From contig JBECKX010000054.1 in the NCBI GenBank assembly GCA_040235515.1, forward strand, positions 1 through 18,790: 18,790 nt of DNA, given 5' to 3'. The notes below the pieces were generated by a model that was not told the origin of the DNA, did not search any database, and saw only the letters and a program-made list of their open reading frames with translations. The position numbers and the translations under genes were made by a program. Below are positions 8,028 to 17,398 of this stretch, in pieces (the first letter of the stretch is position 1; the number at the start of each line of letters is the position of its first letter). The stretch is from Candidatus Zixiibacteriota bacterium. Its GTDB lineage: Bacteria > Zixibacteria > MSB-5A5 > CAIYYT01.

Positions 8028-8047
8028 CGGGGGTAGATTATAGCTGC

Positions 8048-9214
8048 TTATTCAGCTTTGGCGTATTCGGGCGACATCTGACGCAGATTCTCGATGATCG
8101 GCGGCAGGGTTTCGAGGACGTAGTCGATATCGGCGTCGGTGGTATCCTTCCCGAGTGAAAAGCGCACAGCCGTGTCCGCCTCTTCGGAGGGCACTCCCAT
8201 CGCGAGAAGCACATGAGATGGTTCGGTTGCGCCCGAGGTACACGCTGATCCGGACGAAACAGCAATCCCCTTCATGTCGAGGTTAACCAGGATTGCTTCC
8301 CCATCGCTTCCGGGGAAGGTGAAAAACATCGTGTACTTGAGCCAGTGCTCGCGATCACCATGAAACCTGGCAGATGGTACTCGTTCGAGGATGCCGGTAT
8401 TCAGTCGATCGATCAGCCGCTCGACGTGGGAACGACGTTCATCCATCTCGGCGACCGCCAGTTCTAGTGCGCGCGCCATTCCAACCGCTGCTGCTATGTT
8501 TTCAGTGCCTGCGCGTTTGCCACGCTCGTGTGAACCGCCATGGATTACCGGGGTGAAGCGGGTGCCGACCCTTGCGAAGAGTGCACCGACGCCCTTCGGT
8601 CCATAGAATTTGTGCGCCGATACCGAAAGCAGATCGACGTCGAGGTCTCTGATATCCACCGGCATCCGCCCGATCGCCTGCACTGCGTCGGTATGGAAGA
8701 GGACCTTATGCTCATGTGCTACGGCCGCGAGTTCCTTGATATCCTGAATAGTACCGGTTTCATTGTTGACGTATATGATCGAAACCAGGATTGTATCCTC
8801 TCGCAGTGCCGAACGCAGCTCATCGATGCTGACCCTGCCGCCGCTGTCGACTTCGAGGTAGCTGACATCATAACCCTGACGCTTCAGATATTCACACGGT
8901 TCGAGGACCGCCTGATGTTCTACCCGGGTGGTGATGATATGCTTGCCCTTGTGTGCGAGGGCATCAGCGACACCCTTGATCGCGAGGTTGTTTGCTTCCG
9001 TTGCGCCGGAGGTGAAATAGAGTTCGTCGGGGCGGCAGTTGAGGCTCACAGCCAGGCGTTCGCGCGACTGTTCGAGACCGGCACGGGCTCGCTGGCCGAC
9101 GCCGTGGATCGAAGATGCATTGCCGTAGTTGTTCTGCAGGTATGGCAGCATCTCCTCCAGAACGCGCGGATCCAGCGGCGTGCTGCTGTTATAATCGAGG
9201 TAAACTTGCTTCAT
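8048..9214 (-). CDS. iscS: Cysteine desulfurase (IscS/NifS group I)
   Basis: YLDYNSSTP, FTSGATEANN, HTDAVQA, SAHKFYGPKG (PLP lysine), RAGTEN and SSGSACTS (catalytic Cys). Confidence 0.93.
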   Translation of the reverse strand: MKQVYLDYNSSTPLDPRVLEEMLPYLQNNYGNASSIHGVGQRARAGLEQSRERLAVSLNCRPDELYFTSGATEANNLAIKGVADALAHKGKHIITTRVEHQAVLEPCEYLKRQGYDVSYLEVDSGGRVSIDELRSALREDTILVSIIYVNNETGTIQDIKELAAVAHEHKVLFHTDAVQAIGRMPVDIRDLDVDLLSVSAHKFYGPKGVGALFARVGTRFTPVIHGGSHERGKRAGTENIAAAVGMARALELAVAEMDERRSHVERLIDRLNTGILERVPSARFHGDREHWLKYTMFFTFPGSDGEAILVNLDMKGIAVSSGSACTSGATEPSHVLLAMGVPSEEADTAVRFSLGKDTTDADIDYVLETLPPIIENLRQMSPEYAKAE

Positions 9215-9231
9215 TCTTCCTAAGCGCCGCT

Positions 9232-9693
9232 TCAGACGCGGTCGTTCGCCCCTGCGGTTACATCCTCGCGAACCTGTTCAATCAGCCCTGCTTCAAGGTC
9301 CTTGAGGTCTTGCAGAGTTGTGCTGTAAAGTTTGCTGTTAACATCCTGCTCAAGCTCAGCCCAGAAACGGCGTGAGGCGCAGATATCTCGTTTCTCGCAA
9401 TCTTCCTCATGGTCAGGATGGTGGCAATGCCCGAAATCAACCGGGCCGTCGAGTACGGCAATAACCTCCCCAACGCTGATTTTCTCGGCGGGGCGTGCGA
9501 GCAGGAATCCCCCGTGCGCGCCACGCTTCGATTTGATGATCCTGGCGCGTTTGAGTTTGTTGAATATCTGCTCGAGGTATGGCAGCGAGATACCCTCGTC
9601 GGTGGCGATTTTTGCCGTCGACAGGGGAACCTCCGCTTTTACGATCGCCAGCAGGGCGCGGACTCCATATCTGCCTCGTGTAGATACAGCCAA
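9232..9693 (-). CDS. Rrf2-family transcriptional regulator (IscR/CymR-like) with three C-terminal Cys
   Basis: STRGRYGVRAL, ISLPYLEQIFNKL, SKRGAHGGF and C-x8-C-x5-C; TTG start after AGGAG. Confidence 0.92.
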   Translation of the reverse strand: MAVSTRGRYGVRALLAIVKAEVPLSTAKIATDEGISLPYLEQIFNKLKRARIIKSKRGAHGGFLLARPAEKISVGEVIAVLDGPVDFGHCHHPDHEEDCEKRDICASRRFWAELEQDVNSKLYSTTLQDLKDLEAGLIEQVREDVTAGANDRV

Positions 9694-9773
9694 GAACTAC
9701 TCCTAATCTTTCAATCAGCGGTACAAACTTCCTCAGGCTCCGCTCAGAGATGGCTCAAGCCGAGAGTCAGGAA

Positions 9774-9797
9774 AGGTAGATACCAAATGAACTACTT
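9774..9797. promoter_or_regulatory. Candidate Rrf2 autoregulatory operator
   Basis: Imperfect inverted repeat AGGTAG-12-CTACTT just downstream of the predicted +1; overlapping ATGAA-7-TTCAT at 9787-9803. Confidence 0.4.
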
Positions 9798-9806
9798 ATT
9801 CATGTA

Positions 9807-9835
9807 ACAATACAAATCCCCAGCGGTTCTGTCAA
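9807..9835 (-). promoter_or_regulatory. Sigma70 promoter of the rrf2-iscS-mnmA operon
   Basis: Minus strand TTGACA(9835-9830)-17 nt-TATTGT(9812-9807). Confidence 0.75.
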
Positions 9836-9975
9836 CATTACCGCTTTCGGAGAGAATACGCTGCCTGGCCTGGCTTTTTTGAGGTTGGAATCGCGTGTGG
9901 GGCCGGGAGGAGAGAGGAGGTCGGCGCCTTGGAGTGTGTCCGGGCAGGTCACGACGCCGACCATCTGAATGGAGC

Positions 9976-10206
9976 TTAGGGAGCGTTATGGTGTGAGCTT
10001 TTCTCGTCAATCAGCCTTAAAAGCGCCTGGGCGCGACAGGTGTAGTGATCCACCGGAACTGCCAGCCCTTCCTGCAGCAGGTAGCGTTGCGCCTGCTCCG
10101 CGGCGGCTTCTGCCAGAGCGCGGGCCTGATCGAGCTTGCTCTCTCTGAACTTCTCGAATGCTTTGCGATAAAGTTCATCATGTTGTTCCAGTGGGTGCGC
10201 CATCAT
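9976..10206 (-). CDS. Small helical hypothetical protein (76 aa)
   Basis: AGGTG RBS before ATG ATG; Ala/Glu/Leu-rich helical composition; fills an otherwise empty gap. Confidence 0.6.
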   Translation of the reverse strand: MMAHPLEQHDELYRKAFEKFRESKLDQARALAEAAAEQAQRYLLQEGLAVPVDHYTCRAQALLRLIDEKSSHHNAP

Positions 10207-10364
10207 TTTGTCACCTGACTTAGGCTTTAGCTGTTATTGCTTATCTATTCTGAGTCTCTGCCTGTTTTCAGCAGTCCTTCTGTTCAACTTCCAATCAAAC
10301 TGTCGAGCCTCGGCGCGAACGGTTCACAGAAAACTTGCGGTGGTATCAGGGATCAAAAAAGGCC

Positions 10365-10393
10365 TTGTAGTATAAAAGCTTATCAGCTATAAC
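10365..10393 (+). promoter_or_regulatory. Putative sigma70 promoter
   Basis: TTGTAG-17 nt-TATAAC in an AT-rich stretch. Confidence 0.5.
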
Positions 10394-10585
10394 TTTGAGC
10401 GACTAACCCTGACACCTTAGAGACCTGAAGTGATTCAGCGAGATGACAGAAATTGAGATTGTCGAAACTCAGGATGTCGCAGTGCCGCGGAGAGTATCGT
10501 AGCTCAGAATGTCGTAACAATGCTTGCGCGCAGGCGGTATACTAGATCGGTGCCTGGTCGGCGCGCAATCCGGTAGAGGTGGAGT

Positions 10586-11794
10586 ATGCAGTATTGGAAT
10601 AGGAATTTTGGATTGATCAAAGTTGTCTTTTGCCTGATCGCAATTCTCACACTTCTTAGCTCAACTGCCAGCGGGTTCTATTTCAAGTCAGAGGATGAAA
10701 TATATCTAAGCGGGGATTTTGATGAAGATGTGTTTCTCCTGGGCGGGAATGTAAACTTCGACGGCTCGGTTGTCGGCGACCTTTTCATGGCGGCCCGCAC
10801 CACGACCTCAAACGGCGACATCATGGGAAACCTCCATACGGTCGGCCAGATTGCCACTGTCAACGGGAGTATCGAGCGGTCGTATCGGGCGGTCGTGCAG
10901 ACTTTGGTGCTCAACGCTGATATTGGCGGGGATGCCACACTCTTTGCGCAGGAAATCACACTCTCGAATGATGCCAGGGTGGGCCGTGATGCAGCGCTCT
11001 TCGGCGCCACAACGGTGATCAATGGTTCGATCGGTAGCGACGCGCACATTTTCTCCGGAAAAGTTAATATCACAGGCAGGATTGAGGGAAACCTCAAGAT
11101 CGAGGCACAGAAGATTATTATCGCTCCGAGTGCCTATATCGGCGGTAACCTGGAATACACCTCGGGGGAAAAGGCCGAGATATCTTCAGAAGCCCAGATC
11201 ATGGGGGAGACCAAGTGGAAGAAAGAAACCTCGGCTTCGGGGGAAGGAAGTTTTCTGGACTGGACACCGCCGCCCGGCGGGTTTGTCTGGTCGCTGGTTT
11301 TCCTGGCCGGCTCGATCCTGGTGGGAATTGTGATGGTGCTCTCGAAACGCGCCGGAGTCAGCAGGGTTGTGGAAGAGATTCAGGACAACGGATTGGTGTC
11401 GGGTGCTCTAGGCTTTGCGCTCGTGTTCGTGGTGCCGGTTCTGGTAGTGATGGTCGGCGTTACCGTCATCGGACTGCCACTTGCCCTGATCGCGTTCGCT
11501 ACCTATGGCGCGCTGTTCTGGATAGCCAAGGTGTTCGCGGGCATCGCGATTGGTGTTTGGATCATCGGGGCAATGAAGAAAGAGGGCAGGCCGTCGCTGG
11601 GCTGGGCGTTGCTGCTGGGTATGCTGATCCTGGCTCTGCTCTTTAAGATACCTTACCTCGGCTGGGTGTTCTATCTCATTGCCTGGTCGCTCGGATTGGG
11701 CGCCGTGACAATTGTTTTCTTCCGTCGTTGCAGGAACAATGGCAGGTCTGCGCAAGCTACCGCCGGGGATGGAACGGCGTCGGCGGCGACATAA
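10586..11794 (+). CDS. Polymer-forming cytoskeletal (bactofilin-like beta-helix) domain protein with C-terminal multi-pass membrane region
   Basis: Signal peptide; ~17-aa repeats such as VNFDGSVVGDLFMAA, VINGSIGSDAHIFSG and NITGRIEGNLKIEA; about 5 hydrophobic helices; GAGGTGGAG RBS. Confidence 0.82.
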   Translation: MQYWNRNFGLIKVVFCLIAILTLLSSTASGFYFKSEDEIYLSGDFDEDVFLLGGNVNFDGSVVGDLFMAARTTTSNGDIMGNLHTVGQIATVNGSIERSYRAVVQTLVLNADIGGDATLFAQEITLSNDARVGRDAALFGATTVINGSIGSDAHIFSGKVNITGRIEGNLKIEAQKIIIAPSAYIGGNLEYTSGEKAEISSEAQIMGETKWKKETSASGEGSFLDWTPPPGGFVWSLVFLAGSILVGIVMVLSKRAGVSRVVEEIQDNGLVSGALGFALVFVVPVLVVMVGVTVIGLPLALIAFATYGALFWIAKVFAGIAIGVWIIGAMKKEGRPSLGWALLLGMLILALLFKIPYLGWVFYLIAWSLGLGAVTIVFFRRCRNNGRSAQATAGDGTASAAT

Positions 11795-11826
11795 GTACCA
11801 AGACTGAACAGGTTCATCTAAATGAC

Positions 11827-11863
11827 AAAACGAGCAGCCCGGACGGCTGCTCGTTTTTTTTTT
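11827..11863. terminator. Bidirectional intrinsic terminator
   Basis: AAAA-CGAGCAGCC-CGGAC-GGCTGCTCG-T10 between convergent genes. Confidence 0.9.
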
Positions 11864-11924
11864 ACTTCTCTCACGGTTGAGGTGCCCTCAGCGCTACAAG
11901 GTATCCCCTTCGAAGTATCCCGCG

Positions 11925-14900
11925 TTACGATTCCGCGCCGTGGCACTTCTTGTACTTTTTCCCCGATCCGCAGGGACAGGGATCATTGCGCCCCACCTTG
12001 GGCTGATCACGTGTGATCGGCTGACGCTTCTGCGGCCTCGACTCATCCGGCTGTTCGGCTTGCGGGAGTGCGCCGCCGGAGGAACCCGGCATTCCGGTAA
12101 TGCTTTCGTGCACCGTTGCAAGCTGGCGCTGACGCTCCTGGCGTGCTGCCACCTGTGAACGATCCACCGGCTGGAGTTTGAATACCAGGCTCACGGCGTT
12201 GCGATCGATCGTTTCGAGCAACTCCTTGAACATGCGGAACGATTCTTTCTTGTATTCGATCAGCGGATCGCGCTGGCCGTATGCGCGCAGGCCGATTCCC
12301 GCCTTGAGCTGATCCATCTCGTAGAGATGCTCGCGCCATTCCTTGTCGATCGTGGTAAGCAGCGCATAACGCTCAAGATGGCGCATCACCGTCTCGCCAA
12401 GGAAGGCCTCCTTGTTGTGATAATGCTGCAACGCCCGCTTCTCCAGTTCCTCGATCAGTCCGGCACGCGTGAGTTCTTTCAACTCCGGATCATCCGGATT
12501 GATCTGCAGCAGGAAGTAGTTCTGGCAAGCCTGGGCGACGTTGGTCAGATCGATCACGTCGGCATCCTCGGCCTGAGTGAAGTTCTCGTCGACGATCATC
12601 TGCGCGACGTTACAGATCATCTCCTCGATCTCTTCCTTGTGGTCATCGCGGTCGATCACATTGTTGCGGCGATCGTAGATGGCGGTACGCTGGTTGTTCA
12701 TCACGTCGTCATACTCGAGGGTATGCTTACGCATCGAGAAGTTGTTGGTCTCGACCCGCTTCTGCGCACGCTCGATCGCCTTCGTGACCATCTTGGCCTG
12801 GATAACTTCACCCTCTTCAACCCCGAGACGATCCATTACGGCCGCTATGCGGTCAGAGCTGAAGAGACGCATCAGGTCATCTTCGAGCGAGAGATAAAAC
12901 CGCGAGGTACCGAAATCGCCCTGGCGACCGGCACGACCCCGCAACTGGCGATCAATTCGGCGTGAGTCGTGACGTTCGGTGCCGATGATATGAAGCCCGA
13001 ACGGGAAGTCGTTTTCTTTGAGGTTGAGTCCCTCCAGGTCGGGGATCATGCTCTTGATCTTGCGCAAATCGCCATCGAGAGATTCATACTCGATCGCCTT
13101 CTTCTCGAGCTTGATGTCGGTACCACGGCCTGCCATATTGGTGGCGATAGTAACCGCGCCTTCGCGACCGGCATCCCGCACGATTTCAGCTTCCTGCTGA
13201 TGGTGTTTCGCATTGAGCACGTTATGCGGAATCTTCTCGCGCTTGAGCATGCGTGAGAGCGTTTCGGAGACCTCCACCGAGATCGTACCCACCAGAACCG
13301 GCATGCCTTCGGCGTGGAGTTCGGCGATCTCGTCAATGATCGCCTTGTATTTCTCACGGCGCGTACGGTAAATCTGATCATCGAAATCGATTCGTCTTAT
13401 CGGGCGGTTGGTCGGGATAACCATCACATCGAGCTTGTAGATCTGCCAGAATTCCTCGGCTTCGGTTTCTGCCGTACCGGTCATGCCCGCCAGCTTGATA
13501 TACATACGGAAGTAATTCTGGATCGTGATCGAGGCAACAGTCTGGGTTTCTCCCTCGACCGTGACACGCTCTTTCGCCTCGATGGCCTGGTGCAATCCAT
13601 CGGAGTAGCGACGCCCCGGCATCAGACGACCGGTGAATTCATCCACGATCAGGACCTTGCCATCCTGTACGACATACTCCACATCCTTTTCGTAAAGGGC
13701 GTATGCCTTCAGGAGCTGGTTGATCGCGTGGTTTTTGTCGGCGCGTTCCGCGTGGAGTTTGTAGAGTTCCTCCTTCCGCGCAACCTTCTGCTGCGGGGAG
13801 AGGGAGTCATCGGTGTCGATTTCGTGGAGACCCTCTGTGATGTCGGGGAGGATAAAGAGCTGTTTGTCCTCGGGCGAGAGCATGTCTCGACCCTTATCGG
13901 TCAGATTGATTGTATGTTCTTTTTCGTCGATAACATAGTACAGCTCTTCGTCAAGCTCATGCATCCGCTTCTCGCGCAGCAGTGCCAGTTCGGCTTGCTG
14001 GACAGCCTTCTGCACGCCCGGTTCCTTGTAGAACTTCATCAATCGCTTGTTCTTGGGGGCGCCACGCTGGACAGCCAGCAGCTTGATGGCGGCGTCCTCT
14101 CCCCCTTCGTTGAATTCCCGCTCCGCTTCCACCATCAATTTGTTGGCGTACTCGGTCTGGCGCCGCACCAGTCGGTCCACCAGCGGCTGCATCTCTTTGT
14201 ATCGTTGGGTCAGGTCACTGCTCTCGACCGGGCCGGAAATGATCAATGGCGTACGCGCCTCGTCGATCAGGACACTGTCAACCTCGTCGATGATCGCGTA
14301 GTAGTGCTTTCTTTGAACACGATATTCCTTCGCCACGGCCATGTTGTCGCGCAGGTAGTCAAAGCCGAATTCGCTGTTGGTACCGTAGGTAATATCGCAG
14401 TTGTACATCTCGCGGCGCTGGTCGAAGTCCATGTCGCGTTCGATGCAGCCAACAGTCAACCCCAGGAAGCGGAAGATTTCACCCATCCACTCGGAGTCAC
14501 GGCGGGCGAGGTAGTCGTTGACAGTCACCAGGTGAACGCCGTCGCCGACCAGTGCGTTGAGATAGAGCGGGAGGGTCGCGACAAGGGTCTTACACTCACC
14601 GGTGGCCATCTCCGCGATCTTGCCCTGGTGCAGGGCGATACCGCCAACCAACTGGACATCGTACGGGATCATCTCCCAGGTTGTCTCGATACCGACGACT
14701 TCCCACGATTTGCCGCAGAGGCGACGGCAGGTCTCCTTGACCAGAGCGAATGCTTCGGGCAGGATTTCGTTGAGATAGCCATCTATCTCTTCGCGATAGC
14801 GCTTCCGGTAGAATTCTTTATCCCAGCCGCTCTCCTCGGCCTCGCGATTGACCTCCGCCTTTAACTCAGCCAGCTCTTTCTTGAAGTGCTCGGTGCGTTC

Positions 14901-15038
14901 GACTAGCTGTTCGTCCGACCGGTCTTTGAGAGTCTCGTAGATCGAATTTATCTCAGCGACGATCGGTTCGGCAGCTCTGCGGTCGCGGTCATGTTTGCTG
15001 CCGAATACTTTGCTGATAACGTTGGTAATTAGGCTCAA
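11925..15038 (-). CDS. secA: Preprotein translocase ATPase SecA with SEC-C zinc motif
   Basis: IAEMATGE(C)[68 protein letters not shown] and [23 protein letters not shown] start after GAGGAG. Confidence 0.97.
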   Translation of the reverse strand: MSLITNVISKVFGSKHDRDRRAAEPIVAEINSIYETLKDRSDEQLVERTEHFKKELAELKAEVNREAEESGWDKEFYRKRYREEIDGYLNEILPEAFALVKETCRRLCGKSWEVVGIETTWEMIPYDVQLVGGIALHQGKIAEMATGECKTLVATLPLYLNALVGDGVHLVTVNDYLARRDSEWMGEIFRFLGLTVGCIERDMDFDQRREMYNCDITYGTNSEFGFDYLRDNMAVAKEYRVQRKHYYAIIDEVDSVLIDEARTPLIISGPVESSDLTQRYKEMQPLVDRLVRRQTEYANKLMVEAEREFNEGGEDAAIKLLAVQRGAPKNKRLMKFYKEPGVQKAVQQAELALLREKRMHELDEELYYVIDEKEHTINLTDKGRDMLSPEDKQLFILPDITEGLHEIDTDDSLSPQQKVARKEELYKLHAERADKNHAINQLLKAYALYEKDVEYVVQDGKVLIVDEFTGRLMPGRRYSDGLHQAIEAKERVTVEGETQTVASITIQNYFRMYIKLAGMTGTAETEAEEFWQIYKLDVMVIPTNRPIRRIDFDDQIYRTRREKYKAIIDEIAELHAEGMPVLVGTISVEVSETLSRMLKREKIPHNVLNAKHHQQEAEIVRDAGREGAVTIATNMAGRGTDIKLEKKAIEYESLDGDLRKIKSMIPDLEGLNLKENDFPFGLHIIGTERHDSRRIDRQLRGRAGRQGDFGTSRFYLSLEDDLMRLFSSDRIAAVMDRLGVEEGEVIQAKMVTKAIERAQKRVETNNFSMRKHTLEYDDVMNNQRTAIYDRRNNVIDRDDHKEEIEEMICNVAQMIVDENFTQAEDADVIDLTNVAQACQNYFLLQINPDDPELKELTRAGLIEELEKRALQHYHNKEAFLGETVMRHLERYALLTTIDKEWREHLYEMDQLKAGIGLRAYGQRDPLIEYKKESFRMFKELLETIDRNAVSLVFKLQPVDRSQVAARQERQRQLATVHESITGMPGSSGGALPQAEQPDESRPQKRQPITRDQPKVGRNDPCPCGSGKKYKKCHGAES

Positions 15039-15155
15039 TGTAAAAACACTCCTCGGAGGTTGTACGGCACAGCCGGGCGACGGTTTCCGGTCAGGTGAGG
15101 AATATCACCGGCGTGAATCAGGGACTTTATTCCGGTGCCACTTCAGAGGTACGTA

Positions 15156-15617
15156 TCAATTGCCGCTATTCGTTGTGTCGCGCAACGAATCGACCATCTC
15201 TTTGGCCTTGGCCTGCACAGAATCAACCTCGGCCTGGTTCTGCGGCAATCCCATCTGGCCGGCGATCGAGCGCATCTGCCCTAAGCCACGAAGCTGTTGC
15301 GACTTACGCGCCTCCTCAAGCAACGAGGTGGCTTCCTTGGCATACTTGCCGTTCGGCGATTCCGATAGGTAGAGTTCGAGTTTGTCTACGATCTTTTTGT
15401 CCCATTCCTCGTTGATGAACTTATACATCTCCTGAGTCCGCTCGTCACTTTTTGGAAGCATAAATGCGCGATTGACTTCTTCCATCATCTCTTTTGCATC
15501 CGTGTAGAGTTGTTGCGTCTCGGCTGACTCAGAACTGCATGACATAAGGGTCACGGCGGACATCAGGATTGCCATCGACAGTATTGCGGCAGCGAAGATA
15601 TTGCGAAAACTTAACAC
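15156..15617 (-). CDS. Putative helical lipoprotein (153 aa)
   Basis: Start moved to GTG 15617 after GGAGG, giving MLSFRNIFAAAILSMAILMSAVTLMS-C with lipobox LMSC; TPR-like YLSESPNGKYAKEA. The longer tracked ORF overlaps the divergent gene. Confidence 0.78.
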   Translation of the reverse strand: MLSFRNIFAAAILSMAILMSAVTLMSCSSESAETQQLYTDAKEMMEEVNRAFMLPKSDERTQEMYKFINEEWDKKIVDKLELYLSESPNGKYAKEATSLLEEARKSQQLRGLGQMRSIAGQMGLPQNQAEVDSVQAKAKEMVDSLRDTTNSGN

Positions 15618-15843
15618 ATTGGCCTCCAGCATATTTGTTAATTGAATTCCTCGATTGTCGCTCGGGTTGCGGTAACATATATCTTCATCGGATTCGCGTA
15701 AAGTAACAGTTTGCCAATCCAAGTCAAAAAACAATTTCGCTGTGTAGAACTTGTACGGATGCCGTGAATGTAGCATCTTGATAAGGCGATCCCGGCTCGG
15801 GGATCTCGTACCAAAGAACAGTTGTACTACAAGCAGGAGAACA

Positions 15844-16428
15844 ATGAACAACGGGCTTATGAGACTAATCGTCGTGGGGGGGCTGATTGCTGTAGCCGCC
15901 TTCACACTGACGGCATCGGTGTCATTTGGTGATGATGCCGAATCCGCTGAATCGGAGCAGGCTACCGTTACCACAGACTCTGCCGCGGCAGCTGCGGCAC
16001 TCGATTCGGTCTACGGATTGATTAACACAAGCTTCGCAGCCATCAAACCCACTGTTGCCGCGGCTTGTTTTGACTGTCACTCAGACAAGACCGATTACCC
16101 GTGGTATCACAGCCTTCCACTCATCGGTGGCTGGATGGAGGGGCACGTCAACGAGGGGCGTGGTGAGCTTGATATGACGAGCGGCTTCCCGTTTCAGACG
16201 CATATGCCGCCGGCAAACTCTCTGTTGAAGATCAAGCATGAGATCGAAGAGGGCGAGATGCCAATCTGGAGCTATCGCCTGATGCACTCCAGCGCGCGAC
16301 TTTCCGACGAGCAGAAAGATTCGATTTATACCTGGGTGGATGAATCGCTGAAGCTGCTGGAGACGCAGGGGATCAAACCGATGCGGCGTGGACGGCGTGG
16401 CGCCGAGGCGGAGAACGAGGAGCACTAG
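15844..16428 (+). CDS. Periplasmic haem-binding domain protein (mono-haem cytochrome c, Haem_bd type)
   Basis: ATG 15844 after AGGAG; signal peptide; ACFDCHSDKTDYPWY (CXXCH), HVNEGRGEL and GEMP (candidate distal Met). Confidence 0.85.
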   Translation: MNNGLMRLIVVGGLIAVAAFTLTASVSFGDDAESAESEQATVTTDSAAAAAALDSVYGLINTSFAAIKPTVAAACFDCHSDKTDYPWYHSLPLIGGWMEGHVNEGRGELDMTSGFPFQTHMPPANSLLKIKHEIEEGEMPIWSYRLMHSSARLSDEQKDSIYTWVDESLKLLETQGIKPMRRGRRGAEAENEEH

Positions 16429-16444
16429 TTCAGGCGGACGCCGC

Positions 16445-17236
16445 TCAGTGGAGACTTCTGCGCACTTCCTCGCGGCGGCTGCGACTGACTCGGACTTCGG
16501 TGCCGTCGGCGAGGGTCAACACGAGAGTCCCATACTTGCCGTTGGTCACTTTTTCGACTGAATCAAGGTTGACGATTGCGCCGCGATGCGCGCGGATGAA
16601 TCGTCCCGGTGGGAGTTGATCCTCCAGACCGTTCATGGTGGCATAGAGAAGATGAGACTTGCCGCTGGAGTGCAGGTAGACGTAGTGGTCAGCCGATTCG
16701 ACCCAATCGATGGCATCCGCGGCGATCAGCTTGCTGTCGCTCCCGCTTTTTATCAGGATGCGTTGCAGAAATGGATAGAGTCTGCGCGCGTCGCCGTTAT
16801 CGCTTCCGGCAGAACCGCAATGTTCAATGATGAAGCGTAGTTGTTCGTGAGTGCGTGCACCGGTCTCTTCGGCGTCGGAATCGGCGGCTTCAACCAGGAA
16901 GCGAGTCAGGTCATCTACGACCGAGTGCCTCCGGATCATCGGTATTATAATTCCATCAGTGGTCTTCAGTTCGTGCGGCAAATCTTTGTCATCGTCAAAC
17001 AGGAAGGCAAAGCGGGGCAAGCGTGAGCGAGGCAGGCGAAGTAGATCCTCGATCCCCGTCAACTCCTCGATACCGACTCTCAGGATAATCACGTCGATAC
17101 CACTGCGTGCCAGCAACTGCGCGGCGGCGAGGCAGTCGTCGCATTCATCCACACGGTTGATCGATCTCTCCTTTGCCAGCACTTGTGCCGTGTTCTGTCT
17201 GGAGGAGGATTCGCTGTCAATTAGCAATGCACGCAT
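16445..17236 (-). CDS. LytTR-family DNA-binding regulator with degenerate receiver domain
   Basis: IDWVESADHYVYLH, FIRAHRGAIVNL and GTEVRVSRSRR are LytTR hallmarks. The start is either ATG 17236 (MRALLID, GAGAG RBS) or 17263. Confidence 0.88.
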   Translation of the reverse strand: MRALLIDSESSSRQNTAQVLAKERSINRVDECDDCLAAAQLLARSGIDVIILRVGIEELTGIEDLLRLPRSRLPRFAFLFDDDKDLPHELKTTDGIIIPMIRRHSVVDDLTRFLVEAADSDAEETGARTHEQLRFIIEHCGSAGSDNGDARRLYPFLQRILIKSGSDSKLIAADAIDWVESADHYVYLHSSGKSHLLYATMNGLEDQLPPGRFIRAHRGAIVNLDSVEKVTNGKYGTLVLTLADGTEVRVSRSRREEVRRSLH

Positions 17237-17284
17237 CAGGCTCTCTTGTTGGTGTGACGCCATCGCTCTACGAGGGCACCGCCT

Positions 17285-17398
17285 TCAATTGCGGCGGGAC
17301 AACACCACCCGAGTGATTGGTGCCCGGGTGGTCATGCCGAATCGTTCTGAATAAGTATCGCTTGTGATTGCTGACAACGAGGTGAGGGGCCGTTGCAT
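17285..17398 (-). CDS. Possible 37-aa leader/small ORF upstream of the LytTR gene
   Basis: GGGAGA RBS, then MQRPLTSLSAITSDTYSERFGMTTRAPITRVVLSRRN followed by a stop. Confidence 0.25.
   Translation of the reverse strand: MQRPLTSLSAITSDTYSERFGMTTRAPITRVVLSRRN

Noticed and set aside
8540..9223. 227-aa plus-strand ORF and similar ORFs opposite ettA, the hydrolase, mnmA and rrf2
   Set aside because: They lie antisense to well-supported conserved genes.
10424..10473. Hammerhead ribozyme-like GAAA after a stem
   Set aside because: The required CUGANGA core is not positioned before the stem.
13314..14864. 516-aa plus-strand ORF (also 12327-12965)
   Set aside because: Antisense shadow of secA arising from its codon bias; no recognisable motifs.
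15618..15974. N-terminal extensions of the 272-aa and 225-aa ORFs implying overlapping divergent genes
   Set aside because: Starts at 15617 and 15844 have RBSs and signal peptides and remove the overlap.
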